From positions 62,001 through 126,000 of the forward strand of contig OW569384.1 in the NCBI GenBank assembly GCA_937625935.1: DNA of 64,000 bases, given 5' to 3'. This DNA is from Tetramitus jugosus. Taxonomy: Eukaryota; Protista; Heterolobosea. The position numbers were made by a program, and so were the translations under genes. The notes beneath the pieces are model-generated. The model worked only from the letters and a program-made list of their open reading frames with translations, was not told where the DNA came from and did no database searches. Every line of letters starts with the position of its first letter. Positions within the stretch are counted from its first letter, which is position 1. Of this stretch, positions 43,858-55,609 are shown one piece after another.

Positions 43858-45338
43858 ATGTCGTCCACTACTACCACAACTACTACGAGCACCAACAAGA
43901 GAAAAACAGCGACCACCATCAAAAAAATTCAACTACACCTGATGAAGAAGGGACTGGGTCTTCCATCCATGGATCCCAATGGCATGGCCGTGCTCACCTA
44001 CTGTAAAATGATTGATCGAAAAGTTCACATTATAGAAGACAATATTTCTGGTACTGCAAAGCTACAATTTCTTTCTCCTCCCAACAAAACTCATCATCAT
44101 CACAAAAATAGTAAGAAGGATCAACAACATGACGATGATAATGATAATGATGCGAGAACGACATATTATGGTGCGTATCATGTGATTGAACAAATGAAGG
44201 AAATTCAACCGCAATTCGACATTGATTCATGGTTGGGTTCAAAGAAAAAAAAGGCAAAAATGATTGCTGCACAACACATGATTGTCAATCAATTGTTGCC
44301 CTGTGTGGTATGTTGTTGTTTGTTGTTGTTCATTGTCGAATTGCAATTGTTGATCTAAACTGACCAAAAAAACATGTTAAATAATGAATGATGAATGATA
44401 TGATACATTGAAAATGATAAAATGTAGCAACATTACATGTGGTTAAACGAGTTAAATTATAAACATACGAAAGAAGAGTACTGCGAAGGATTACCACTGT
44501 TGAAACGATGGTTTGGACCCTATCTCGTACGAAAAACAATGAATCAATCTGTGAACGAACAATTGTTGAATAGTGATTTGAGTGCAAGTGTCATTTCGTG
44601 TCTAGAGAGTGATGATGACGATGGTGATGATGGTGGTGCAAATGTGGCTCACATGTCGACTACTACCATGACACAATTAGCAAAGAAAACAAGGAAGCAA
44701 CTATTTAGAGAAGAGATTTTTGCAATTGCAACAAAGTGCATTTCGATTGTGAATACGTTGCTCTATGGAAAGAAGTTTTTGTTTTCGAATGACAAGTATG
44801 TGTATAACTAGGTAGTTGAGCTTATGTTTGGATTGTGTCTGTTGTTTTGTGTTTTGAAGGAGCAAATATTGAAGGGGGTTACTTTTATTTTTTGTGCGAT
44901 ATCTCTTTTTATTACAATAATAGACCATGCTCGTTAGATGCCATTCTTTATGGTTGTTTAGCTTGTATATACTATCCGGATGATTACCAAGACTCTGCAA
45001 TCAAGAACACACTAAAATCATATGTCTACGTAATCAACTATATTCATTCGATGACCGACATGTACTTCCCGCACTATCCCTCGATGAAGCAACAACACTT
45101 GAGTGGTGCTCCAATGACAGTTCAACAGATCAAACTCCAGAGAATTCGAGCCAGTACGGCCTACAGTCGATCACTCATTTTCTTAGCAGGCTCATTTTTG
45201 GCTGTAGCGATCAACCTTTTCCCTGGTTGGATGCGCCTCTATATTTTATTAAGGCAGGGAGAGTTCTCACTCGAACCATCAGAGGACGACAATTATCAAT
45301 ATGAATTGGTGTATGAAGAGGAAGATGAAGAGATATAA
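43858..45338 (+). CDS. MTX: Metaxin/Sam37-like mitochondrial outer-membrane protein, introns 44308..44427 and 44796..44923
   Basis: GLPSMDPNGMAVLTYCK, MWLNELNY, LLYGKKFLFSNDK|PCSLDAILYGCLA, C-terminal TM helix. Confidence 0.85.
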
Positions 45339-45396
45339 TAATAAATAGTGTTTCTCAATTTTCTTACGGCAATCTGTCCACCTAAAGTCATAAGAC

Positions 45397-48045
45397 TTAG
45401 TCAATCTCGATCACTTCAATATCGGTGTTCTTGCTTGACGTCAGCTTTTGCTTTTTTCTCTTGGGGGAATCATTGCTGGGACCTGCATTTAAATCCAGAT
45501 CCTGATTATCCGTATCGGAGTCACTCTCCGAACTGCTATCATCATCCAACGGTTGCAAGAATTCAAATTCGTCATTGGACCGTATGATTACCTTGTTAAA
45601 TCTGTGAGCTTTGGGATCGGCTAACACTCGAGCCATCGTATGATCAACAACGAGCTCGCTGAATGGCAAATACGTTTGACAGCAAGGACACAACCAAGAC
45701 CGAGAATTCTTTGTATACTCCAAAAAACTGCTCAAGTCAAAACAGACATGATGAACGCATTTGGTGCCCTTGGCAGGTGTAATGATCCGGCACAGTGTCA
45801 GTGGGTCATACAATGGCACCATTTCTTGCTCCTGTATCAGATCATCGTCCACAGCAGATGGATCCAGCATTTGTTCCTTGAGTGGTGGCCTGTTCTTCAC
45901 AATTTGAACCAAATCACCAATCGACCTCCTCTTGGCTAGCCGCACAACCAATAGTCCATCCATCTTTTTCTTCGTGATCATGAGTAACATGTTGGTTCCG
46001 TGAGTAATGACACTCGAGCCCAGAAAGAGAGGCGCAGACGTGTTTGTGCCCTTGGAGTGCCGTGTAGATGCCTTCTCTAGCCTCGAGTTCATCTTGGGCA
46101 ACAGGTACGAACAATCCTTGTAGTTTAGCATAAAGGACACAAGGTCCGTATTCTTAAAGTTCATTGGATGACTAAAATCATTCTTGAACAGATCGAGTGT
46201 CACACAATAGTATGAATCATTCATGCTAATCAACCGATGCACACGTTCAGCAACCTCGAATTGCACAAGCGTCGGACAATAGTTGTTAAACTTGCGCTTC
46301 ACTTCACTATTCTCACTGGACTTGAAGCGGAAGACATAGAGAAATTCAATCGTTTCGAAAATGGGGTCCAACATGTCGGCCAATCCCAGCGTCTTCTTTG
46401 CCATTTCCACCAGAGACGCATCGTTACGGCACGTTGCAATTTTCGAACTATTTACCTTACTACTGAACAGTGAACCACCACCGAAAGCACCACCACTCGC
46501 ATCATGATGATAGTGATGATCAGACGTACCACCCACAAAAGCATTGCCATTATTACTATGAAAAGGATTGTTCATCATCATCATTGCACCACTGCCATTA
46601 CTATTATTATTATTATTATTATTATTATTCATCATAGCGTTATTGAATGAATAGAGTTGTTGATGTTGTTGTTGTTGTTGTGGTAGTAGTGGATAACTGG
46701 GTGATGGTAAATAGGTATTGAGTGGAGGAACAAATGGAGTATTGCGTGCCCATGCATGCATCATATTATTTTGTTGCTGCTGCTGTTGCATAGATGATCG
46801 TGTACTACCACCAAATGCATTCATATTATTATTATTATTATTATTATTATTTGTTGTTGTTGTTGATTGATTATTGGTAGTAGTAGTAGTGTTGGGAGTA
46901 GCAAACGGAGAGAATGGAGATGATCGGAATGTTTGTTGTGGTTGTGGTGTATTGCTCAATGGATGATAGAGATTCGATGGTGGTATATAGGAGTGGAGTG
47001 GAATCAGAAAAGGAGATTGTGCTGCTGGTGATGTCGTTGATGATGATGCTAACGCTTGCTGTTGCACTGGCAATGGTCTAAAAAAATAGTCTGGAGAAGT
47101 TACATCATACATGGTTCGAGACATACTACTACTACTACTGCCGCTATCACTCCTACTATTAGTCGTACTTTGATTACTGTTTTTGTTATTGTTTTTGTTG
47201 TTGTTGTTGTTGGGTATACCAAACACTGATGTTCCTCTTGGTGGTGGTACTGGTGCTGATGATGCAATCGATGTTAATGCGGCTGCCGTGGCTGTCGGTA
47301 ATAGATACGGAGAAGGTTGCATCATTGTATTCGTTGATAATGATGATGATGATGATGGTCGTAAAGTATTCGTAGTAGGTGGTTGTGCGTGAGCTGATGA
47401 TGATGATAATGGTGGTGGCGATGTGTGAAAATAATTAGATACATGTTGCTGGTGAGTTCGATTATTGTTCATTGATTGATGAGAAATGATTGGTGGTGAT
47501 GGAGATGTTGAGTGATAAGGAACACCTGGTGATAATAGGAGAGAATGAGGAGAGAGAGGTCGTGTGGGAGGTGGAGATGGTGGAGAAGTAGCACTGTGGT
47601 TATTGTTCTTATTGTTATTCGATGAGAATAATCGATTGTATCCATGTGGTTGTTGCTGTTGTTGTTGTTGTTGTTGTTGACCGAGTAATGATGATGAATG
47701 TGGTGATGGTGGAGATGTCATTCTTATTCCATCATGATGCGTTGTAGAATAATAGGGCGATGGAGAATCATTGGATGGTGGTGTTCTATTACTACTATGA
47801 CTACGATGATGAGAAGTCGAATGAGGATGAATGAATGGTGGAACGGGAGAGTGTGCACTCAATGTAGCTGTAGTCGATGATGGAATGTGAAGGGGTATGG
47901 GTGAAAAGTTGCGCGTAGATGTTGTATTGTGATTCTGATGATTCTGATGATGATTGTTCGTTGTATTCGTAGACTCTGATGATGCCGGAGGAATCTGATG
48001 AGTCAGGTAGGAATCGATTGTTTTTTGATGATGTTGATCTCTCAT
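45397..48045 (-). CDS. SP-RING (MIZ) zinc-finger protein, PIAS/Siz/ZMIZ-like, with long low-complexity N-terminus
   Basis: LYDPLTLCRIITPAKGTKCVHHVCFDL..FL......WLCPCC....FSELVVD; terminal SIM-like IEVIEID. Confidence 0.88.
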   Translation of the reverse strand: MRDQHHQKTIDSYLTHQIPPASSESTNTTNNHHQNHQNHNTTSTRNFSPIPLHIPSSTTATLSAHSPVPPFIHPHSTSHHRSHSSNRTPPSNDSPSPYYSTTHHDGIRMTSPPSPHSSSLLGQQQQQQQQQQPHGYNRLFSSNNNKNNNHSATSPPSPPPTRPLSPHSLLLSPGVPYHSTSPSPPIISHQSMNNNRTHQQHVSNYFHTSPPPLSSSSAHAQPPTTNTLRPSSSSSLSTNTMMQPSPYLLPTATAAALTSIASSAPVPPPRGTSVFGIPNNNNNKNNNKNSNQSTTNSRSDSGSSSSSMSRTMYDVTSPDYFFRPLPVQQQALASSSTTSPAAQSPFLIPLHSYIPPSNLYHPLSNTPQPQQTFRSSPFSPFATPNTTTTTNNQSTTTTNNNNNNNNNMNAFGGSTRSSMQQQQQQNNMMHAWARNTPFVPPLNTYLPSPSYPLLPQQQQQHQQLYSFNNAMMNNNNNNNNNSNGSGAMMMMNNPFHSNNGNAFVGGTSDHHYHHDASGGAFGGGSLFSSKVNSSKIATCRNDASLVEMAKKTLGLADMLDPIFETIEFLYVFRFKSSENSEVKRKFNNYCPTLVQFEVAERVHRLISMNDSYYCVTLDLFKNDFSHPMNFKNTDLVSFMLNYKDCSYLLPKMNSRLEKASTRHSKGTNTSAPLFLGSSVITHGTNMLLMITKKKMDGLLVVRLAKRRSIGDLVQIVKNRPPLKEQMLDPSAVDDDLIQEQEMVPLYDPLTLCRIITPAKGTKCVHHVCFDLSSFLEYTKNSRSWLCPCCQTYLPFSELVVDHTMARVLADPKAHRFNKVIIRSNDEFEFLQPLDDDSSSESDSDTDNQDLDLNAGPSNDSPKRKKQKLTSSKNTDIEVIEID

Positions 48046-48310
48046 CTTTTTTCTCCTTGTGAAAAAAAAATGATGATGGTTCGTTCAACAAAACGCCCTT
48101 TAAAGTGAGTGGTGAGCTGGTGGTGGTAGTTGTATTAGGTGTGTTTGTGGTGATGATTGTGTGAACGCTGTGTTGTGGTTGGAAACTTTGGGTTCGAAAT
48201 CAAAAAACACACACAGATGTTGTTGCCGATTTTTTTTTTGCGTTTTGTTTTTATTGAACAAACGGGAATTTTTTGTTCTTGCGTGGGGTGGAACTTTGGA
48301 GCAGTTTTGG

Positions 48311-48318
48311 GCGGGAAA
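48311..48318 (-). promoter_or_regulatory. E2F-like site TTTCCCGC upstream of the SP-RING gene
   Basis: GCGGGAAA on the + strand. Confidence 0.35.
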
Positions 48319-48343
48319 GGTCAATTTACAATTTTTAATACAC

Positions 48344-51300
48344 TTATTGTTGTGGAGGTGGTTGTGTGTTGCTTGTTGGTGTTGTGGAGGTGGGTTGTGG
48401 AGATGGTCCCTGTGCTAGCAAACCAGTGAAAACACCACCGGTTGGAGGTGCTGAAACCGTGGGAGGTGCTGGTTGGACATGTTGCGGTAGGGTGGGAGTT
48501 GCATACCTTTGATGGATCTGCATGAGTAGTTGAGATTTTTGGTTGTCGTTGATTGCTTGTGCCATAACAGTACTCACCTCGGCTCTGGAGTTTGGGAATT
48601 TTTGAAGCAGAAATCTTGCCATTTTGTCTGATGAGATGGCTTGGCTTGATTGCTGGACTGGTGTTGGTTGTGCTGCGACAAGGTTGGAGAACACACCGGC
48701 AGGAAATTGGGGTTGGTTTGGAATATTGTTGGATGGAATTGGTCTTGTCATGGGCATATTACCCATGTTGATGCCACCTGGAAACAGAGGGTTAGAAGAC
48801 ATGAAGCCCATTTGTAGACCAGAATTGTTGACCCTGCCAAACTGGTTAGCTGTCAGAGGTTGTTGCATCGGGAAGGTGCCAGGGATTAAATTAGAGTATG
48901 TTGTAAATGTTTGTGGATGGTTATGTGCGGGGAGTGGGTTCGTCATCATTGGTGGTTGGTTATTGTTGATTTGTAGTGGCACAGCTTGAGACGACGAAGG
49001 GTTGTTCGTAGGTGGCATAGGAGTAATGCTGTTCTTCTTGATGATGGTTGTTTTCCGTGCGCCGGTATTTGGCGCAGAAGGACCAGGAGGCGTATTATTG
49101 GCAGGAGTTTTTAGGGAGGAAGCAAGAGTTGGGCCAGACATTCCATTCGTTGTAAAGGTAGTGGCAGCATTAGCAGGTGTCTTTGGTAATCTGGTAGCAT
49201 TGACTTTCTGTGCATTTTGTGCAGAGGAGAGAATCTCGGCATAGAGCTGAGTGTAGTGCATTGGTGAGAAATATTCGGATACTCCTGAAGGCATCAGTGG
49301 ATTCTTCTGAGCCTTCTTCTTCTTCTTACTTATTTTCTCTGTGGTACTCTTCTTTTTAGTGGCTCCAGAACTGCTGGTTTTGCTCTTTACCCACAAATTC
49401 CAATACTTCGTAAAGTTTTGTTTTCGTGCATCGAATATTGACTGCGTCAAGCTCTTTTGAGTTGATGAGGACGATGAAGCTTCCTTCTTGGACACAATAG
49501 CATATCTTTGTTGCATTTGTTCAATGGCTCGAGCAGAAACAATTGGATACACCAAGGTAGCGTATGTATCCTTGATTACATTCCAATTAAGCTCTTCCAA
49601 TGATTCCTGTTTAACGAGATGAACAGATTGCAATAGAGCCTGATCCTCGAATGTCTTCCAAGGAGTGTCCTTGATTGCAGATGTACTGCTCTCTGTTGTT
49701 TCATTCTTTGCCGCAATTGCAGCGGTCTTACTGGAAGATTTTGTTTCCGTCTCACCAGCAGTTTTCTTCTTGTCCTTCTTTCGCTCCTTCTTGTCGATCT
49801 TCTTATCAGATTTGTCTGTTTTCTCTGAAGAAGCTTTTTCAGATTTGTCTGCTGCTGTTTTCTTCTCGCTCTTCTTCTCTTTTGTTGACTCCTCAAGTTT
49901 CTTTTTCGAGCTCTTCTTAGTCTCCTTTTCTTTCTCCTTGTCTTTCTTCGTCGAGACTTTACTTGGTGTTTCCTCTTTGCTCTTCTCCTTCTTGGTCTTC
50001 TTGTCTTTCTTTGTTTTCTTCTCACCAGATTTTTCTTCCTTCTTGCCTTGTTCCAATTCGTCTGTTGTTCCCTTTTTCTTCTTGTCCTTCTTTTTGTCTT
50101 CGAGCTTCATCTTCTTGGTTGCCGGAGTTACGGTGGCTGACGGTTCGGTTGTTGCAGATTCATCTACACCACTTTCACTCCTTCTCCGCTTCTTCTTTTT
50201 GTTTGTCTTCGTCAGATCCTTTTCGGTGCTCTTTTGCTTGGGAGCAACGACAGGAGCACTTGTTGCTGGTGTCGTACGACTTGTTGAACTATCCTGTATT
50301 GTTTCAGCCAATGCATCATTGGAGGCAACTACTACTTCAGGGACGAGCTCCACTTCCGGCAGTGGTGAAACTTTGTACGGTCCAAATGTATACAAATCTT
50401 CAGCCTCTCGTATCAATCGCTCTTCTTCTGGTGTTGGCTTTAGTAGCTCTTTGTACAGGTCATGACACTCTAACTCTGGCAAAAATACTTGGAAGGCCTT
50501 GAGGAAATCTTCTTGCTCAACATCAGGGAATACCTATATAGCATATATTTTGGATAGAAAAACATAAACAGTTCCGTGTCAATAAAAGCATGTCTTTATG
50601 TGATGAATAATAAATGAAGAAGAAGAAGAAGTGTAGAGCACCAACTCGCCCATTGACATCCTCATTCCTCTACTCTTTTTCTTTTTCTTGAAGATCTTCG
50701 CGGCGTGCGCTCAGATCTCGAAATGATAGGAGTAGAGTTCTGAGGAGCCGAAGGATAAGTTGGTGGTTTTGATTTTGGTGTACGTGCCTCGATGATATTC
50801 TCGTCGAATTCTTCCTGTGCAAAAGCTCGCCTATTACTCTCTTCTTCTACTCTCTGCTCGATATCATCCATGTCATTCTTCCAGCTTTCTTCGCTTAGTC
50901 TGTGTTGTTCTTCGAGGTTCGCCATTTCTTGCTCCAACACTCCTTGACTTCTCATCTCAAGATACCTTACACCGAACCTTTGTTTCAGAAAAGAAAGTGA
51001 TACATGTTAGTTAAAATGTTTCCAACAACTGTTCTTAGAATTCAAAGAAAACATAACATACTTTTCGATGTTGCGCAAGTTTTGTTCTAGATCTTGGTCA
51101 AATTCCTCCTCGAAATCCAACTTAAACATTTCATTTTCTTCTTTACGTGCATTTCGATAGGCTGTAATTCATCAAAAAGATATTAAATGTTAGTCTTGTT
51201 CAATTAATCAAGGACATCAATGACAATTCTATTGAAATTCATACCGATAACATCATCTTCATCCTCTGCGCTTGCTAATGCTCGCTCGACATCCTTCTGT

Positions 51301-54300
51301 GTCAACTCATTGCCAACTTCTTCGTTCACTTCGCTTTGTCGAGCTGGCTCAATACCCAATGTCTCGGAATCGAAAAAGTCGGTCACATCCATCTTCTTCA
51401 ACAAATCAGGGGTAAAGCCACCTTCATGAATCACCATATCGTTCATCTGTCGCTTTTGGTTCGCTTTTAATAAAATACGTTCCTCAATCGTAGATTCACT
51501 AATGAGTCTATAGATATTCACTTCTCTCGTCTGTCCAATTCTGTGGCATCTATCTTGAGCTTGAGCATCCATGGCAGGATTCCAATCTGAATCATAGAAT
51601 ACTACCGTATCTGCTCCTGTTAAGTTAATACCTAGTCCTCCTGAACGAGTCGAGAGAATAAAAGCGAATATCTTTGGATCGTTGTTAAATCTGTCCATCA
51701 AATACTGCCTCTGTTCGATCTTTGTTGATCCATCAAGGCGGAAGTAAGAATAACTGTGCATGCTTAAAAACGCTTCCAGAATGTTCAACATCGAACTCAT
51801 TTGCGTGAAAATGAGTACTCTATGATTACCTGATTGCAACTTGCGAAGTAACCGAGCAAGCACTTGCAATTTTCCACAATCATACTGCAACAATCTTTTA
51901 TCAGGGAAATACACCTGGGTTCGAGCTTGAATCCGGTTAAAAATGTCAAACTTTGGCCGTATGGCCTCTGCCGCAGCAAAATATTTGTACTCCCGTTCGG
52001 TTTTGACGATTGGATTCTCGCAATAATTTAGTAATTCTACAGGTTCGGCTCTCGTCTTCGGTATAATACATACAAAATTCTCGATCTCGAAGTCTAGTTC
52101 TTCGATTCTTTGTTCGGGCGTTTTGACAGCAGCGTGGAGAAGCGAGCAGTAAGTATCACTGTTTCTAATATTTGGATTAAAAAATAGTGATTGATCCTTG
52201 GTCGTAACATGAGCTGCCTCCAGAGTATTCCTATAGTAGATACTGTGTGGTTGACACCTGAAATCATTCAAATACTTGAGATGAGAGTACTTATGTTTTC
52301 TTTCGTTGGTTCGAATCTCTTCCAATCGCTTTTGATATTGAAGAAAGATAGCAGGTTTCTTTGATTGATCGACAGTAGTTAGAATATTTCCCAAGTCACT
52401 GATCCTGCTTTCAAATGAGCTCAAAGGCTCCTGTAACACACGAAGCGATTCAACCTCGAATGTACTGGGCAAGCACGTTGAGAGCTCCAATCCTAGCAGG
52501 GATGTATCTACACGAGCAGATCCCCGATTAGCATAATAACCGCGTGAGTCAGAAGTTAGAGGGTGGGAATAATGCATGTTCGTCACGAGAGATGGAACAC
52601 GTAACTTTAGGCGAGATGATTCGAATGGAGATATAATAGGTCTCGTTTCGAACAGGTCAGGATGATTGCAAACTTTTCGCAGCTGCATCATCACATTAAT
52701 AATCTTGAAGAAGTTTCCAGATATGAGGTTCGTACGAGTGTCAGATCGTGCCATGAAATCTTCATAAAGAAAACGTTGTCTCTTAGATAGATTACACTGA
52801 ACAACGTGTTCATGCTTCTTTGGCAATTGTTTCGCTACATCTGCCTTCAGACGTCGCAATATGAACGGCCGAAGAATCGAGTGCAGTCGAGCAATGATTC
52901 GCCTGTTTTGTTCGTTCATTTCCTGATTGCCCTCAACCATACTACTCACAGGATTTGCAAACCACTCTTTAAATTCTGAGTGAGATTGAAAGACTTGTGG
53001 CATCAAAAAGTGCATAAGCGACCAGAGTTCCATCACATTATTCTGCAAAGGAGTTCCAGTCAGCAGAATTCTGTGCGACGTGTTAAAATTCAACAGAGTT
53101 TGCCAACATTGACTCTTAAAATTTTTGATGTGATGAGCCTCGTCCAAGATCAAGTAGTGCCACTTCTTTCTTTTAAAAATATTCTTGTCCTGCACAACTA
53201 GATTATAGGATGTAATACAGACATGGAAGGTATCTGGCTTGTTCCAACCAATTCTCTTCTCTTTTCTTTGCTTTTGTGATCCATAATATGCCAAAATCTT
53301 AAATGAGGGACAAAATCGCTTAAATTCAATTTCCCAATTTAAGAGCACACTAGCAGGTGCAACAACTAAATGTGGACCCCATATGTGCTTCTCTGAGGCT
53401 AAATAAGCCAGTGTGGCAATGGTCATAAAAGTCTTACCGAGACCCATTTCATCGGCCAATATGCCATTGAGTCCTCGATCATGCATCGCTACTAACCAAT
53501 CTAATCCAATGTGTTGATACTCTCTTAACGTGAACTCTGGATTCAACAAGTCAGGAACTTTTGTTCTAACAGTGCTCGTTGATAGAGTGAAGCCAGTCGG
53601 TTGAAACTGTTGCGCAGATTGTGATGCCATCTGGATACGCCTCCGCTCCTCACTTTCATCATCGTGTGAATAATTCTGAATGATTTCTGTGAGTGGCACA
53701 TGTTGATCCTTTTGTAGCTCTGCAATCTCATCCGAATAATCGGCCATCTCTTCCTCTGCTTCCTCATCGGACGAGGAGATGCGATCGTCATCGTCTTCTT
53801 GTTCTTCATGATCAAAGTCCTCTTCATTCACAGCTTCTTCCACACCAGCATCACTTTTCTCTTGTGTGCTGCTCTTGAGTGCGTGATTCGTCTCTAATAT
53901 AAATTCCTCATCGTCCTCATCAACATCGTTCATAGTTGATCCTTCCACGTTGTCATCTTCGTCTCTCATGAGCAACATGTGAGAATGCGAGTCAACAGAG
54001 GGTTCATAGTGCTCCACATCAGACGCCTTTGGAATCACAATACTCGTCTCATCGCCATCAATCATCATTTGATCCAAGTTGCTCTTCTGTTCTTCTGTGA
54101 CATTATTGTAGTCAGAAAACTCGTGTTGTTCTTGTGGTTGTTGTTGATTGAACATTGGAGTCAATGGAGTGCTCGGCGTGACTAAATCCTGACTCAAAAA
54201 TTGTGAAAGTCGCTCTGATTTCTCCACCAACATATTTTGTTTCTTCTGTAGGTATTGTTGTCTCTTGATATCAATCTTTGTTTGATTTCGTATTGATACA

Positions 54301-55172
54301 ATCTTCTCCAACTTGGACCAAAAATCTTTCTTGACCAATTTTGCAATGTTGGATGCCAATTTTCGAATCTGTTGCTCTTCGTCCTTCTTCTTCTTTTGTT
54401 CTTTTGAAACAGTGGCCTTGTGATGCTTCACTGCACCGTTCGCACACTGTTTTGCCACTTTCATCTTGTGCCTCCGTTCATCTGCAAAGTCCTTTGCCAA
54501 CCATTCCATCTCCTTCAACAAATAGTCCCAATTCGTCTTGTTTCTCGCTGGTTCCTCACTCTTCTTCATAGGAACGATTGACCACTGACCTCGCTTCACC
54601 ATTTCACTCCTCTCACGCAACAAGTACTCCTCCTGCTTCAACAACTCATCTTCCAGATCCCTTGTTGTTTTTTGATGTATGGTTGGAAGTGAGTTGGAAT
54701 CAGATGTTAATAATAGATAGGGTTGATGATAGTTGATGAGCATGTGATTATCATTTATGTTGTTGGTTGTAGGTGCAGTTGAGATTGTCGTTGGGTTGTT
54801 ATTGTCATTATTATTGTTTGTATCATTGTCATGATCATCACTCACAACAAGAGGATCAGGTGAAAAATGAGGAGTTAAATAATCAATTTCGTTCGTTAGA
54901 AGAATCAGTGCTGATTTGACTTTTCTGTTGTTGTTAGAGAAAAAATTCATTTTGGTGTGAGTAAACATTTCGGTAAACAATGTTGAGGCAATTACAAAAG
55001 AGCAACAAAAAACAATAACTTACTCTAACAACTGATTTTTTTGTTTCCTTCGTTTTTTCGATATTCCTGTGAGACAATCTCCGAATGACGTTAATAGTGA
55101 TAGTGGATATGGTTTGTTGTTTGCATTTGTTGTTGATGTTTCGTGGGGCTGTCTCGATGTTGACTTGACCAT
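48344..55172 (-). CDS. SWR1: SWR1/SRCAP/Domino chromatin-remodelling ATPase; inferred introns 55023..54925, 51244..51162, 51061..50978, 50673..50534
   Basis: HSA domain (KTNWDYLLKEMEWLAKDFADERR), LREYQHIGLDWL, GILADEMGLGKT, ILDEAH, split ATPase with insertion, LLQYDCGKLQ, DSDWNPAMDAQAQDRCHRIGQTREV; SANT-like PWKTFEDQALL...NWNVI in the last exon. The last junction is less certain. Confidence 0.92.
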
Positions 55173-55609
55173 AAGTTGTGATTTTGATTTGTTTTGTATT
55201 TCTGTTCGTTTTTTTTTGATTGCGTTTTTTCTTTGATCGGGATTTGTTTTTGGGCGCCAAGTTGAATTTTCTCCGTTCAAATGGGAATTTTCTCCGTAAG
55301 AGGTGGCACAGCGCGAGAAGGGTAATGCCCTATCTGTAGTTGAAGTCGATTGAAGGAGGTCAAGTGGACCCTCCTCCAAAATTTATCCCGGTTGTGAATG
55401 CCATCCTTCGTTCGCTCGACAAATTGAAGGGTGCTATCCTTCAATGCCATCCTCGTTCACTCACACAGAGAACATTTCACATTTGCTCAAAAAAACCAAA
55501 AAACTTCACTCCACTTCGTAACCAAACACCCACACATCTCAAACAAACTCGTTAGAAACAATCACCCCAGTCTTATCATCATCTAATACAAACAACTACT
55601 ACTCTCATT

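Noticed and set aside
49665-50465. Long antisense ORFs (also 3252..3929, 5714..6376, 21215..22021, 56408..57004)
   Set aside because: Shadows of codon bias or low complexity on the opposite strand of real genes.
50662-50664. Selenocysteine or readthrough at the SWR1 in-frame TGA
   Set aside because: No SECIS was identified, and a GT donor upstream of the stop explains the junction more simply.
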